DNA of 64,000 nucleotides from a virus: IMG/VR virus record IMGVR_UViG_3300012971_000001, positions 1 to 64,000 of that record; one strand, 5' to 3'. Shown piece by piece: positions 36,916 to 46,052 of this stretch (position 1 is its first letter; each line of letters starts with the position of its first letter). The notes under the pieces were generated by a model. It saw only the letters and a program-made list of their open reading frames with translations, ran no database searches and was not told where the DNA came from. The position numbers and the translations under genes were made by a program.

Positions 36916-38019
36916 GTGGCTGACAAAGATACCAAAACAACGGCAGATGACGGGTTTACGTTCAGCTCCACGTCTGAAGAGGCAGTGGGCGTTGCCTTCG
37001 GCGGTCCGCATATGTTTCCAAGGCTGGCCGGTGAAGACATCGGGCATCTAATGGTCCGCGGGGCCGAGACGATAGAGCCGGAGCTGTTCCGAAAACTGTA
37101 TCCACGGCGTTACGCAGAGATCGGCGGGTTTCACTCAGCCAAAGTAGTCGCAGCATTCCTGACGGATGCAGTCGCCTCAGCTCGATGGCTCGACCTGGAG
37201 AATCTTCCAGCTGCAACGCGGTTGCTGTTGCCTGGATTGAAATTCCTGATGGAAATGAAGATGCCGATGATGTTTCTCGATCCGAAACTGGTCGAGGCAG
37301 TCAAGCGGACAGATTTCCCGGACGCGATCAACTGGCAGGAAATGCATCTGCCGTACGAGCATGGCATCTTCATGCTCCCGAAGGGAACGCTGGTGCATCC
37401 AGTCGACGGGGAAGCAGTCTGTATCATCTATTCGCGGATGCCGCCTGGTATCTACTACCCGCCGGAACAAGGAAAGCTGCCGAGGCTGGAGCACACGCAG
37501 GGGACATTCTCGTTTCTGGCGTTAACGACCAAGAACGGCGTCTGGTACGATGGGAATTTGACAGATGAATCGTCGCCGCTGGTGAAGCTGAATAATCTGT
37601 TCTACAGCATCGGTGAGGAATACGGGCACGGTCCGCATCTGCCAACGCCAACGATTCTGGATCACAAGCTGAATCACGAGGACAGCATATTCCTCGAATC
37701 GGTCGCCACGCTGATGTTCGGCACGTTCATGGTGATGGACGCAAAGCCGGAGCTACATGAGAAGGCAAAGTTAGAAAGAAAGGTCAAGAGCAAGATAGGG
37801 CCGCCGATCGAATACTGGTCGCCTAACGTTATCGGCAAGTATTACAAGCCAAAAGTAATCCGCACCGATCACGGCACCCACGCCTCACCCAGAATGCACT
37901 GGAGACGGGGCCACACACGGGAGCAGGCGCATGGACCGCAAAGGTCACTTAGAAAAACAATTTGGATCGAGCCTATGTTAGTATCAGCTACGGCAGAAGA
38001 GAAGGATAAGCATGGCTGA
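36916..38019 (+). CDS. Uncharacterised phage protein with C-terminal HWRRGH motif
   Basis: HASPRMHWRRGHTREQAHG...IWIEP; related in motif to 3662 ORF. Confidence 0.7.
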   Translation: MADKDTKTTADDGFTFSSTSEEAVGVAFGGPHMFPRLAGEDIGHLMVRGAETIEPELFRKLYPRRYAEIGGFHSAKVVAAFLTDAVASARWLDLENLPAATRLLLPGLKFLMEMKMPMMFLDPKLVEAVKRTDFPDAINWQEMHLPYEHGIFMLPKGTLVHPVDGEAVCIIYSRMPPGIYYPPEQGKLPRLEHTQGTFSFLALTTKNGVWYDGNLTDESSPLVKLNNLFYSIGEEYGHGPHLPTPTILDHKLNHEDSIFLESVATLMFGTFMVMDAKPELHEKAKLERKVKSKIGPPIEYWSPNVIGKYYKPKVIRTDHGTHASPRMHWRRGHTREQAHGPQRSLRKTIWIEPMLVSATAEEKDKHG

Positions 38020-38317
38020 CGATAACGGGGCAGGAAGAATAGATCGCATAGAGCAAGCATTGGAGCGCCTGGTAGACACGATGGCAATGGCTGATCGTCG
38101 CCTTGAGGCAAGATTTACGCAGTTGAGTTACTTGATCAACGATATGCATGAAGCTACAGCCAAGGAATTCAAGTTTATGCTTGGCTGGCAAGTCATTGCC
38201 CAGGAACAGATGGACAAGCAGACTGCGTTGCAACGGGTGAGAGATGAGCGTATAGAAAAGCTTATCCTTGCCATTGGCGAACTGATCAAACGGTTGCCAG
38301 AAAGAAAGGAAGGGTAG
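38012..38317 (+). CDS. Small coiled-coil protein
   Basis: RIDRIEQALERL ... DERIEKLILAIGELI. Confidence 0.6.
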   Translation: MADDNGAGRIDRIEQALERLVDTMAMADRRLEARFTQLSYLINDMHEATAKEFKFMLGWQVIAQEQMDKQTALQRVRDERIEKLILAIGELIKRLPERKEG

Positions 38318-38321
38318 CAAT

Positions 38322-38729
38322 ATCTGGTTATTTACGATACATGGATTTTTCAGTGTTTCAGTGCTGGGCAACAGCGTGATGGTGCGCGCCAGATGCAGGA
38401 GTCATCTGGAAAAGCTGGTCAAGCGCTTCGAAATTCTCAAGTCGCCGGCCATCGAGGAGACGCCGCAGAGCGATTACCGCTTCAGAATTCGCATTGACCG
38501 GAAGCGATACAAGCAGCTGGTGTCCGCACTGGCAGAGCAGCAGAACTGGACTAACTTCAAGGAAGCCGTGGAACTGACCGCGGGCCAGACAGTAGAAGAT
38601 GAGCTTTACATAGAAGCATTGCACAAGATCTGGCAAGTCATGTTCGACGTGCAGTGTGACTCGCTGTGCGGCACGCAGTCGAAAGGACTGCCAGCCGCCA
38701 CAATTGCTCGGATACGAGAATGGCTATGA
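38322..38729 (+). CDS. Conserved phage protein (xWLFT..GFFS..VRAR..DY.FR), apparent ATC start
   Basis: In-frame ATC-TGG-TTA-TTT-ACG after AAGGAAGG; VRAR, TPQSDYRFR, NFK. Confidence 0.55.
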   Translation: MWLFTIHGFFSVSVLGNSVMVRARCRSHLEKLVKRFEILKSPAIEETPQSDYRFRIRIDRKRYKQLVSALAEQQNWTNFKEAVELTAGQTVEDELYIEALHKIWQVMFDVQCDSLCGTQSKGLPAATIARIREWL

Positions 38730-38970
38730 GCAGGGCGACGAAATGCTCAAGTCTGCTGAAGGCGAGCTTGAGAAGGGCGTGTTCCAATCCTACCAGGAAG
38801 TGCTGGAACATTTGTTCTACAAGTTTAATCGTGACGATCGCCCGAACGGGCAGACTGCTCATAGTTTATCTGTGGGCGACGTGGTTGTTCTAAACAATAT
38901 GGTCTGCATGATGGGCTTTGCACAGATCGAGTTTAATCCAGTGGTTGTAAAGGAGCAGAATGAACGATAA
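38656..38970 (+). CDS. YodL-like domain protein
   Basis: F.KFN.DDRP....HSLSVGDVVVL; start uncertain. Confidence 0.55.
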   Translation: MTRCAARSRKDCQPPQLLGYENGYEQGDEMLKSAEGELEKGVFQSYQEVLEHLFYKFNRDDRPNGQTAHSLSVGDVVVLNNMVCMMGFAQIEFNPVVVKEQNER

Positions 38971-39337
38971 ACAGAAAGTCCCACTGAATGTCGGCTGGCT
39001 CAGCGAGAACGACTTGCTGACTAAGGCAGCTGGTATGTTGGGCTATGAATTGGGGCCAGCAAATGAGGAGTCGATCATCGTTACTGGTCACAAAGATGCC
39101 AAGCCCGCGGACTACCCGTCAGTTTATCCGTTCTACATGATGTGGGACGAAAACCTGATGTTTACTGTGGCACAGCTGCTTGAACTGGGCTTCGAGCCAG
39201 GAGAGTTTAAGTATTGTGAGTGCTGCAAAAAGCTCCAGGTTGATTGTGATCGTGATGTTGCAGAGTCAATGGATGTGCTGCGGGATCTGGGAGCGCTTGG
39301 CTACGATCAGATGCATCAGGATCTAAGCGACGATTAG
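38960..39337 (+). CDS. Hypothetical protein
   Basis: AAGGAG RBS. Confidence 0.55.
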   Translation: MNDKQKVPLNVGWLSENDLLTKAAGMLGYELGPANEESIIVTGHKDAKPADYPSVYPFYMMWDENLMFTVAQLLELGFEPGEFKYCECCKKLQVDCDRDVAESMDVLRDLGALGYDQMHQDLSDD

Positions 39338-39345
39338 GAGCAAAC

Positions 39346-39612
39346 ATGGAAGATCAAAAGCCGGGCGATACAATATTTGTGTCTAAAGTTGAGCTAGCAG
39401 GCTGGGGTGGAGGTCCCGGCATGACGTTCGCAATTCGTTTAATCGGCAATGCAACGGTCAGGATGGCACCGGATTTCCCTGGTTTAATTGAGTATACGGC
39501 GGATGAAGATATATTTGATGATCCGTTTCGTAATGAGCGAAAGCAGCTATACAAGAAGGGCGATGTTCTGCTCTTTGCTCCAAATCATGTTCGGCTGATG
39601 GAGGCAGTATAG
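39346..39612 (+). CDS. Hypothetical protein
   Basis: AGGAG RBS. Confidence 0.55.
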   Translation: MEDQKPGDTIFVSKVELAGWGGGPGMTFAIRLIGNATVRMAPDFPGLIEYTADEDIFDDPFRNERKQLYKKGDVLLFAPNHVRLMEAV

Positions 39613-39662
39613 AACAGAACAGTTACAATAGTTTAATCAACGCTTTGGTTGAAGACCGCCTT

Positions 39663-39691
39663 GGCCCGGTGCAATGCCGGGCCTTTATTTT
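39663..39691 (+). terminator. Rho-independent terminator
   Basis: GGCCCGG-TGCAATG-CCGGGCC-TTTATTTT. Confidence 0.8.
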
Positions 39692-39730
39692 GTCTGATGT
39701 TTGCTCGGATACGAGAGGAGTAAATCCCGT

Positions 39731-39765
39731 TCGCCGTTGGCTGCTCCAGGGAACGTTAGTATCCT
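39731..39765 (+). promoter_or_regulatory. Putative late promoter (CGCCGTWGGC class)
   Basis: TCGCCGTTGGCT-17 bp-TATCCT; similar motif before protease and tail tube genes. Confidence 0.5.
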
Positions 39766-39784
39766 CGCTCTAGGAGCACCAGCG

Positions 39785-40375
39785 GTGATTACAGCAAGTC
39801 CAGCTACCCTGCGCAGGCTAATTCTTCAACGCCCCGGCACGCTGCTGCAGCCCATTCAACCCAAACCATTACCCAACCTGCAGCGATTCAACCTGATGGG
39901 CGGTGGTCCCGGCTCCGGATGTCATGGCGACCAGTGTGGGCGTCCTGCAGGCTCTGGATCGGAGCAGAGCCGTGCAGAGCGTGCTTCGGCAACATACAAG
40001 CCTTCGACCAGAGAAAAGCAGCGGATAGCAGACGAGTCGGAACGTGATCTTAGCATAGCGTTGAAGATGGACCGCACGCCCGACAACGCAGCCTTCGATT
40101 TGAAGATTCCTGCAGCACCACCAGCAAAGGGCGTCGGTGTGGAAATCAAGACGTTCATCGACAACTCGAACAGCAAGATCACGATGCACAAGGAATCGCT
40201 GGCGCGGAAGGTCAAGGCTGCTAAGAAAGAAAAGCTAAACGCGCATACGGTGGTGGTCGATAAGAGAGAACCCGGCACAGAACGCTACTTCTATCGCAAG
40301 GGCGTCGGTTCGTTCTATCTCCGCACCATGAAAGAAGTAAGCATCAAAGAATTGAGAGGGATACTAATCGCATGA
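39785..40375 (+). CDS. Putative virion effector 1: GGPGSG tag plus PD-(D/E)xK nuclease
   Basis: AGGAG then GTG 39785; GGPGSGCHGDQCGRP; E...NAAFDL...GVEIKT. Confidence 0.68.
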   Translation: MITASPATLRRLILQRPGTLLQPIQPKPLPNLQRFNLMGGGPGSGCHGDQCGRPAGSGSEQSRAERASATYKPSTREKQRIADESERDLSIALKMDRTPDNAAFDLKIPAAPPAKGVGVEIKTFIDNSNSKITMHKESLARKVKAAKKEKLNAHTVVVDKREPGTERYFYRKGVGSFYLRTMKEVSIKELRGILIA

Positions 40376-40650
40376 GCTACGAAGTAATCGGCGACAGCAA
40401 GCCGCTGGGACAGTTTGCCAGCAACAAGGGCTACACGGACCTGATAGACGCTGCAGATGCCGCAGCAGACAAGTATCCCGCACTGCAGGGGCTGTTCGAT
40501 ACGGGCAGGTCAAAGAATGTAGCCAAAGTCATCACGGAACTGAACACACTTGCGGCAACGGCTTCTAAAGATGTAGCTTCGACAGCAAGGACGCTGGTTT
40601 CACTCATTGCAGGGAAAAAGAAAATTGTCATATCGGATGGTGTCTCATGA
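40372..40650 (+). CDS. Small protein, candidate immunity for effector 1
   Basis: ATGA-coupled to nuclease; role inferred from position. Confidence 0.55.
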   Translation: MSYEVIGDSKPLGQFASNKGYTDLIDAADAAADKYPALQGLFDTGRSKNVAKVITELNTLAATASKDVASTARTLVSLIAGKKKIVISDGVS

Positions 40651-42059
40651 AGCTATTCCTACCGCCTCCAGCAATGCCACCCGACTTAGCGAGCAGCATA
40701 TTGCTCAGAATGCGTGTCCGCTACATCAACGCCGGAGGACCTGGATCGGGCTGTCACGGTCCTAACTGCGGCAGACCGCCGGGGCCTGGAAAAGATGCCC
40801 CGATGGGTGACGCGCCCGGCAGCACCGGGTTCTTACTCAAAGATCGCGGCTGGACAGAAACCGGCAAGCAGGACCTGAAAGGCAAGACAGCCCGCGTGTA
40901 TGAGCACCCGATCCACGGGAAGTTAGTGGTTTCAAATAACTGGTACGAGCATTACGACAAGGGTGGCACGAAAGTCGGCGAGAAGACAGATCTGGTGAAG
41001 GGTACACCGCTGTCGGAAAAGCTGGCAAAATACATGGATGACAAGGGTGGCATGTCGGGCAAGATAACTCCGCCTACCAAGCCTACGCCTCCGCCACCGA
41101 CAATCACCAAGCCTGCGCCCGTGAAACCGCCACCGCCACCGCCAGAAAAGAAAGCCAAGCCAGAGCCGCCCGCGCCAGCCGTGGTCAAGCCCGGCACTTA
41201 CGAAAAAGGCGCCGAAGAATTCCACGCTGCCACGCTCAAGCTACTAGATACGCCAGGGCTGGACACCGCCAAGCAAGCTATCGAAAAAGCGCAGGCAAAC
41301 TACGAAGCTGCTACCAAAGAGTACAGCGCATTTACGAAGACGCTTTATGGAAACGAAGGCGCCTGGGATAAGCCGGAAAACAAAGCCAAGCTGAGCGAGC
41401 TGTACAATAAGCAGGATGAAGCCAACGATGCGCTTCACGAAGCGAAGGCCGCACAAGAGGCAGCCAAGACAGCAGTGAGGGACAAGTTCAATACGCTTTT
41501 GCGCGGTGGAGCTCCTGCAGCCAAGATCGGAACAAAAGCTTACGGAGCATTCGGTATCGGCAATCTAGCGTCTAAGTCAGCAGCAGCATTGGGGCAGATG
41601 CTACCGCAGAAATTCGTAAATTACGCCAAGGTGGATACCTGCAATTTCAAGCAGAAGGGCGGCAGGAGGGCTTACTACAGCGAGGAAGGATTCCCCGGCG
41701 GAGCGGTGTTCATCAATCCCGGCAGCGGCAACGTCCAGACTGGAGTTCACGAGATGGGGCACTGGCTGGAATACAAAGTGCCCGGCTTACAGAAAGAAGC
41801 AACGGATTTTCTCAATCGCCGAACAGCGGGAGAATTCGCACAAAAGCTGAAGAAGCTCACCGGCAAGAATTACAAGTCCAGCGAGGTAGCCAAGCCGGAC
41901 AAGTTCACTAACCCGTACATTGGCAAGATCTACCCGCATGGGGCTACAGAAATCATCTCGATGGGCATGGAACAGCTGTACCACAACCCGGCGGGATTCG
42001 CCAAGGATGACCCGGACTACTTCAAGTTCATGTACAGTGTTATTCATAAAAAGAGGTAG
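40647..42059 (+). CDS. Putative virion effector 2: GGPGSG tag plus zincin metallopeptidase
   Basis: GGPGSGCHGPNCGRP; Pro-rich linker; RAYY...HEMGHWLE...YIGKIY...TEIISMG. Confidence 0.75.
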   Translation: MKLFLPPPAMPPDLASSILLRMRVRYINAGGPGSGCHGPNCGRPPGPGKDAPMGDAPGSTGFLLKDRGWTETGKQDLKGKTARVYEHPIHGKLVVSNNWYEHYDKGGTKVGEKTDLVKGTPLSEKLAKYMDDKGGMSGKITPPTKPTPPPPTITKPAPVKPPPPPPEKKAKPEPPAPAVVKPGTYEKGAEEFHAATLKLLDTPGLDTAKQAIEKAQANYEAATKEYSAFTKTLYGNEGAWDKPENKAKLSELYNKQDEANDALHEAKAAQEAAKTAVRDKFNTLLRGGAPAAKIGTKAYGAFGIGNLASKSAAALGQMLPQKFVNYAKVDTCNFKQKGGRRAYYSEEGFPGGAVFINPGSGNVQTGVHEMGHWLEYKVPGLQKEATDFLNRRTAGEFAQKLKKLTGKNYKSSEVAKPDKFTNPYIGKIYPHGATEIISMGMEQLYHNPAGFAKDDPDYFKFMYSVIHKKR

Positions 42060-42061
42060 AT

Positions 42062-42313
42062 ATGCCGACGACGATTCTTATCAACGGTGCACGGGCAACG
42101 GTCGACAACGATGGTAAGTGGACTCTGGGCAAGAGCCTACCGCCGCAGATGGGCAAGATACTGCAGCAAATAACGAAGCATGCCCTGGCCGAACTTAGCC
42201 CGGCAGATGGCGAGCCGAGCCACGAGATTGCCAGTAAAGCCGTCAAGGCGCTTGGCGGAAAAATCATCGAGAGCACCATCGTCGACGATGCGCCGCCGGA
42301 TGCAGTGCTATGA
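42062..42313 (+). CDS. Small protein, candidate immunity for effector 2
   Basis: GAGG RBS; directly follows peptidase. Confidence 0.55.
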   Translation: MPTTILINGARATVDNDGKWTLGKSLPPQMGKILQQITKHALAELSPADGEPSHEIASKAVKALGGKIIESTIVDDAPPDAVL

Positions 42314-43416
42314 TAGAAAAAATCACGATCCACTTTGATACCGATTTCCAAGCAGCAACGGATGCGGTGGCCCCAGATGACCTCAGCGACAGTGAGTACT
42401 ACACCGTTACACCAGAGCAGGCAGAAGAGCGCAGAAAATATTTGACGTCGGAAGGCCCAATAGAAACGCTGGAAAGCATGCTTGCCATGCTAGACGCGGA
42501 AGCAGCACTTGATGCAGTAGAAAGTGGCGAGGCAGATGTCAACCTAAGTGCAGCAGAAGAAATGTTCAATCGCATAGATGCTGGCGGGCCTGGCAGCGGC
42601 TGTCACGGTGATAACTGTGGTCGCCCGGCAGGTGCAGGCGGAGAGGGCATATCCAAGGCTTACGCAGATAATTTGTCGAAGGCCAAAGCGCTGCTGGAAA
42701 AATATGCAGCAGACAAAGAGCCTGAATATCAGGGCCACGTGAAGCTGCCGAATAAAACCATGTACAACAAAGATCGAACGAACAGGTGGATGCAGAGGCT
42801 GGAAGAAGGCCAGCCTCGAGAAGAAGCAGCAAAAGGGCTGGGGCTGTATGTCGAGCTAGCCAACTCGATGGGTCTGGGACCGAAGCACTTACAAGCCGTG
42901 GCCAAGTACATGGATGACTGGACGAATGAGTCGGATGCGGGCGGCGGAAAATACGTGCAGGAAAAAGGCCAGGAAATCGTCGACGGCCATTGCTGCTCGG
43001 ATGCGCGTGCCAAGGCCATGATGGTGGAATATCTGATTACGCAGGCAAAGCTCGAGAAGAAATATCCAAGTGGAATGATTCCCGTGCTATATCGCGGCGT
43101 GTACGGCGACCATGCAGCAGGCTTGAAAGACCAGGCTTCAATGGCGCGCACTAAAGAGGTCAGCATTCGGACCAGAGGTGCAGAAAGCTTTTCGGCGAGT
43201 TACGAAAAGGCAAAAGACTTTGCTGATAGCCACGAACATGGCGTGGTCATCGAAGAACACAACGTGCCGATCACGCATGTAATTTCGTCGTTCGACACGT
43301 CGCCGGGATACTTTGCTGGCCTGGCAGATGAGCGGGAGTATGTACTGTCTCATCCGGGTGCGGGCATGAAAGTGCCCAAGCAGCATATCAAAGACGTGTC
43401 GATGTACGGAGATTAG
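42310..43416 (+). CDS. Putative virion effector 3: GGPGSG tag plus ADP-ribosyltransferase
   Basis: Acidic leader; GGPGSGCHGDNCGRP; R-S-E triad LYRG / ESFS / EREYV. Confidence 0.75.
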   Translation: MIEKITIHFDTDFQAATDAVAPDDLSDSEYYTVTPEQAEERRKYLTSEGPIETLESMLAMLDAEAALDAVESGEADVNLSAAEEMFNRIDAGGPGSGCHGDNCGRPAGAGGEGISKAYADNLSKAKALLEKYAADKEPEYQGHVKLPNKTMYNKDRTNRWMQRLEEGQPREEAAKGLGLYVELANSMGLGPKHLQAVAKYMDDWTNESDAGGGKYVQEKGQEIVDGHCCSDARAKAMMVEYLITQAKLEKKYPSGMIPVLYRGVYGDHAAGLKDQASMARTKEVSIRTRGAESFSASYEKAKDFADSHEHGVVIEEHNVPITHVISSFDTSPGYFAGLADEREYVLSHPGAGMKVPKQHIKDVSMYGD

Positions 43417-43417
43417 C

Positions 43418-43546
43418 ATGGCTGACGAAGAAGAAAAAGAATTCGACATAGACTTGTCCGACGATCCCAACAGCAAGTGGATGCACCAGATGCGCGAGAA
43501 AAAGAAGGAGTACGAGCCAGAGCCGGATCCACTGGAGGACGAATGA
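43418..43546 (+). CDS. 42-aa acidic peptide, candidate ART inhibitor (not in ORF track)
   Basis: MADEEEKEFDIDLSDDPNSKWMHQMREKKKEYEPEPDPLEDE; GGAG RBS; ATGA overlap with next gene. Confidence 0.6.
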   Translation: MADEEEKEFDIDLSDDPNSKWMHQMREKKKEYEPEPDPLEDE

Positions 43547-45963
43547 GCTACGTCGACGAGATAGAAAATAATCTCTCTGACTTAGAAGAGTTCCTTGCCC
43601 GAATCGAGGCCGGCGGACCCGGCAGCGGTTGCCATGGACCGAACTGCGGGCGCCCGCCCGGTTCGGGCAAGGGAGGCACGGCACTGCACGATGCTCCAGA
43701 AGGCGCGCCAGGCGTCGGCACGACCGGCACGCTAATGAAGGACTTCGGCTGGAAGAAAGTGCCCGGTGGGGAAACTACCGTCAAAGGCCATCCGGCAACG
43801 ATGTACACGCATCCAACGCATGGCACGATGTTCGTGACCAAGAATTGGTACGAGCATTACAAGGCGGGCGAGAAAATCGGAGAAAAGACGGAGCTGGCCA
43901 AAGGCAAGCCACTCGCAGAGAAGCTGAAGACGTATCTGAAGGAGAACACGCCCCGGCCTGGTTCTGGTCCGGTAGCGCCCGCGCCGACGAAGCCTGCAGG
44001 CCCCAAACCGACCGGAACTACTACTCCACAGCCGAAGCCTATCCCTGCCACAGCCGCTCAGATCCCCAACCGGGACGCAGAGTTCAAGTTCAAGGAAGAC
44101 GCGGGCCATCTGGGCGGCGCCCATGACAAATATCTCTACACCGACAAGCTCGGAAAAGAATATCTGTTCAAGCCAGCAACAACGCTGAGCGGGGATGTCT
44201 CGCCGTTGATGGCACACGCCGATGAAATGGCATCGCGGATAGCGCAGAAGCTGAGGCCCTACGCATTCGAACACGCCAGAGCAGCAGAGCTTACCGTGCC
44301 CGGCCAGGGCAAGGTGGTCGGCAGCGTGCACGAGATGCTGCCGAACATCATGCAGAACAAAGACTTCAGCGGTGTAAAGCCGAAGGACTTAAAGCCAGAA
44401 GACTCGGCACAGCTGCAACGTGAGCAGGTAATCGACTGGCTGATCAGCAACCACGACTCGCATGGCGGCCAGTTCATCCGCAGCGAAGGCGGAAAAGTAA
44501 TCGGCATCGACAAGACGCAGGCATTCAAGTACTTTGGCAAAGATAAGCTGGATGTTGATTACCATCCGAATGCAAGCTACGGCGAGAAGCCGCCTTACTA
44601 CAATGACATGTGGAAGGCGGTGAAAAAGGGTGATCTGACAGTCGACCCGATGCAGTCGTACAAGACGATTCAGAAGGCACAGGCAATCCCTGATGATGAG
44701 TATCGCAACATACTCATGCCTTATGCCAAAGAAAGATTCAAGAACGACGACAAAGCCGCGAACGAATTCCTTGACAAAGCCGTTGGCAGGAAAAACGCTC
44801 TAAAGGCAGACTTCGAGAAATTCATCGGTGGTGTGTACGGCAAGCCGTTCACGTTCAATAATGGCTTTTCCGGCACTGGGAATCCTATTCCAAAACCCGC
44901 GGGCGCCGGACCGAAGCCACCGTTGCAGCCGGGAGATAAAGGCAGGCCAGCGCCGGTAGAGGAGCAGAAGCAGCGCCTGGCGGAGATGATACAAAAGCCT
45001 TCGGAAAAAGGCCAGGGCACGGCCGGCCACGTCATTGCCTGGGAACCGTATGTACCGCCAGATAATCCGCAGTTCAAATCGCGGATGGCTGAGGCACATC
45101 AAGTGGTGGCAGATGTGATGAGCAAGTACAGCGGCCCGAGCCAAAAATATCTGCATAATTTTGACGATGACAAGCGCTGGGAATGGGAAGCTAAAATCAA
45201 CAGCGGAAAATCTCCCGTAGATGCAGCAAAGGGCCTGGGCGTCTATCCAGAGGCATTTGCTAAGATGGGATTTTCGCCGGGAGAGATGCATGACATGATC
45301 GGCACCATCAAGGGCTGGACGGGCAGCTCGTCGGGAACGAATGGTACTAAGGTGCAGGAAGCAGCGCAGCAGATTATTAACGGCAAGTGCTGTAGCTCAA
45401 AGGTGGCTCGTGCCTTCGAGTTGGAGTACGCCTTAACGCAGGCAAAATTAGCCAAGCAAGTAGATTCGGCAGGTAAGCTCAAGATTCCGGTGTGGCGGGG
45501 CGTGAATGATACTGACGAGCCAGGTTACGCCAACCAATTAGAGGCAGCTGCAGCCAAGCATGACTTCGTAGAAACGGTCAACCGCGGTGCTGAGAGTTAC
45601 TCGACCAGCTTGGATAAAGCTAAGCAATTCGGTCGAGTCATCCTACAGATACACAACGTGCCCGCCAAGCAAGTGCTTACTTCAGCACTTACTAATCCCG
45701 CAGCATTTACAGCTCACCATCACGAAGCGGAAATGGTGGTTGCTCACAAGGGCAATCAGAAGCTGCTTGCGAAAGATGTGATCATCAAGCATTCGGGACC
45801 GTACACGGCGCTGCTAAAGTCGGAGGCAGAGAAAGAAAAAGGATCGTTGGTGCTAGATCTGACGGATGATGTGAACGCAGATTGGTATGCAATAGCTGCC
45901 AGACGTATGCATCTGCCACCAAATGAGGATTATAAGATCTTCGTTATGGAAGCTGTAGAGTAA
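43543..45963 (+). CDS. Putative virion effector 4: GGPGSG tag, HipA/PI3K-like kinase and ADP-ribosyltransferase
   Basis: GGAGG RBS for ATG 43543; YLFKP, DWLISNHDSHGGQF, IGID; VWRG / ESYSTS / HEAEMV. Confidence 0.75.
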   Translation: MSYVDEIENNLSDLEEFLARIEAGGPGSGCHGPNCGRPPGSGKGGTALHDAPEGAPGVGTTGTLMKDFGWKKVPGGETTVKGHPATMYTHPTHGTMFVTKNWYEHYKAGEKIGEKTELAKGKPLAEKLKTYLKENTPRPGSGPVAPAPTKPAGPKPTGTTTPQPKPIPATAAQIPNRDAEFKFKEDAGHLGGAHDKYLYTDKLGKEYLFKPATTLSGDVSPLMAHADEMASRIAQKLRPYAFEHARAAELTVPGQGKVVGSVHEMLPNIMQNKDFSGVKPKDLKPEDSAQLQREQVIDWLISNHDSHGGQFIRSEGGKVIGIDKTQAFKYFGKDKLDVDYHPNASYGEKPPYYNDMWKAVKKGDLTVDPMQSYKTIQKAQAIPDDEYRNILMPYAKERFKNDDKAANEFLDKAVGRKNALKADFEKFIGGVYGKPFTFNNGFSGTGNPIPKPAGAGPKPPLQPGDKGRPAPVEEQKQRLAEMIQKPSEKGQGTAGHVIAWEPYVPPDNPQFKSRMAEAHQVVADVMSKYSGPSQKYLHNFDDDKRWEWEAKINSGKSPVDAAKGLGVYPEAFAKMGFSPGEMHDMIGTIKGWTGSSSGTNGTKVQEAAQQIINGKCCSSKVARAFELEYALTQAKLAKQVDSAGKLKIPVWRGVNDTDEPGYANQLEAAAAKHDFVETVNRGAESYSTSLDKAKQFGRVILQIHNVPAKQVLTSALTNPAAFTAHHHEAEMVVAHKGNQKLLAKDVIIKHSGPYTALLKSEAEKEKGSLVLDLTDDVNADWYAIAARRMHLPPNEDYKIFVMEAVE

Positions 45964-46002
45964 AATCGAGTAACAAGCGGAATATCGAGTAACTGGTTCG
46001 CT

Positions 46003-46038
46003 TCGCCGTTGGCCGTTCCTGCTCCTACATCGTAGACT
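46003..46038 (+). promoter_or_regulatory. Putative late promoter (CGCCGTWGGC class)
   Basis: TCGCCGTTGGCC-18 bp-TAGACT. Confidence 0.5.
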
Positions 46039-46052
46039 CACTTTGTTAAACG

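Noticed and set aside
43477-43542. Track start for effector 4
   Set aside because: Region is occupied by the 43418 peptide gene; ATG 43543 has GGAGG and ATGA coupling
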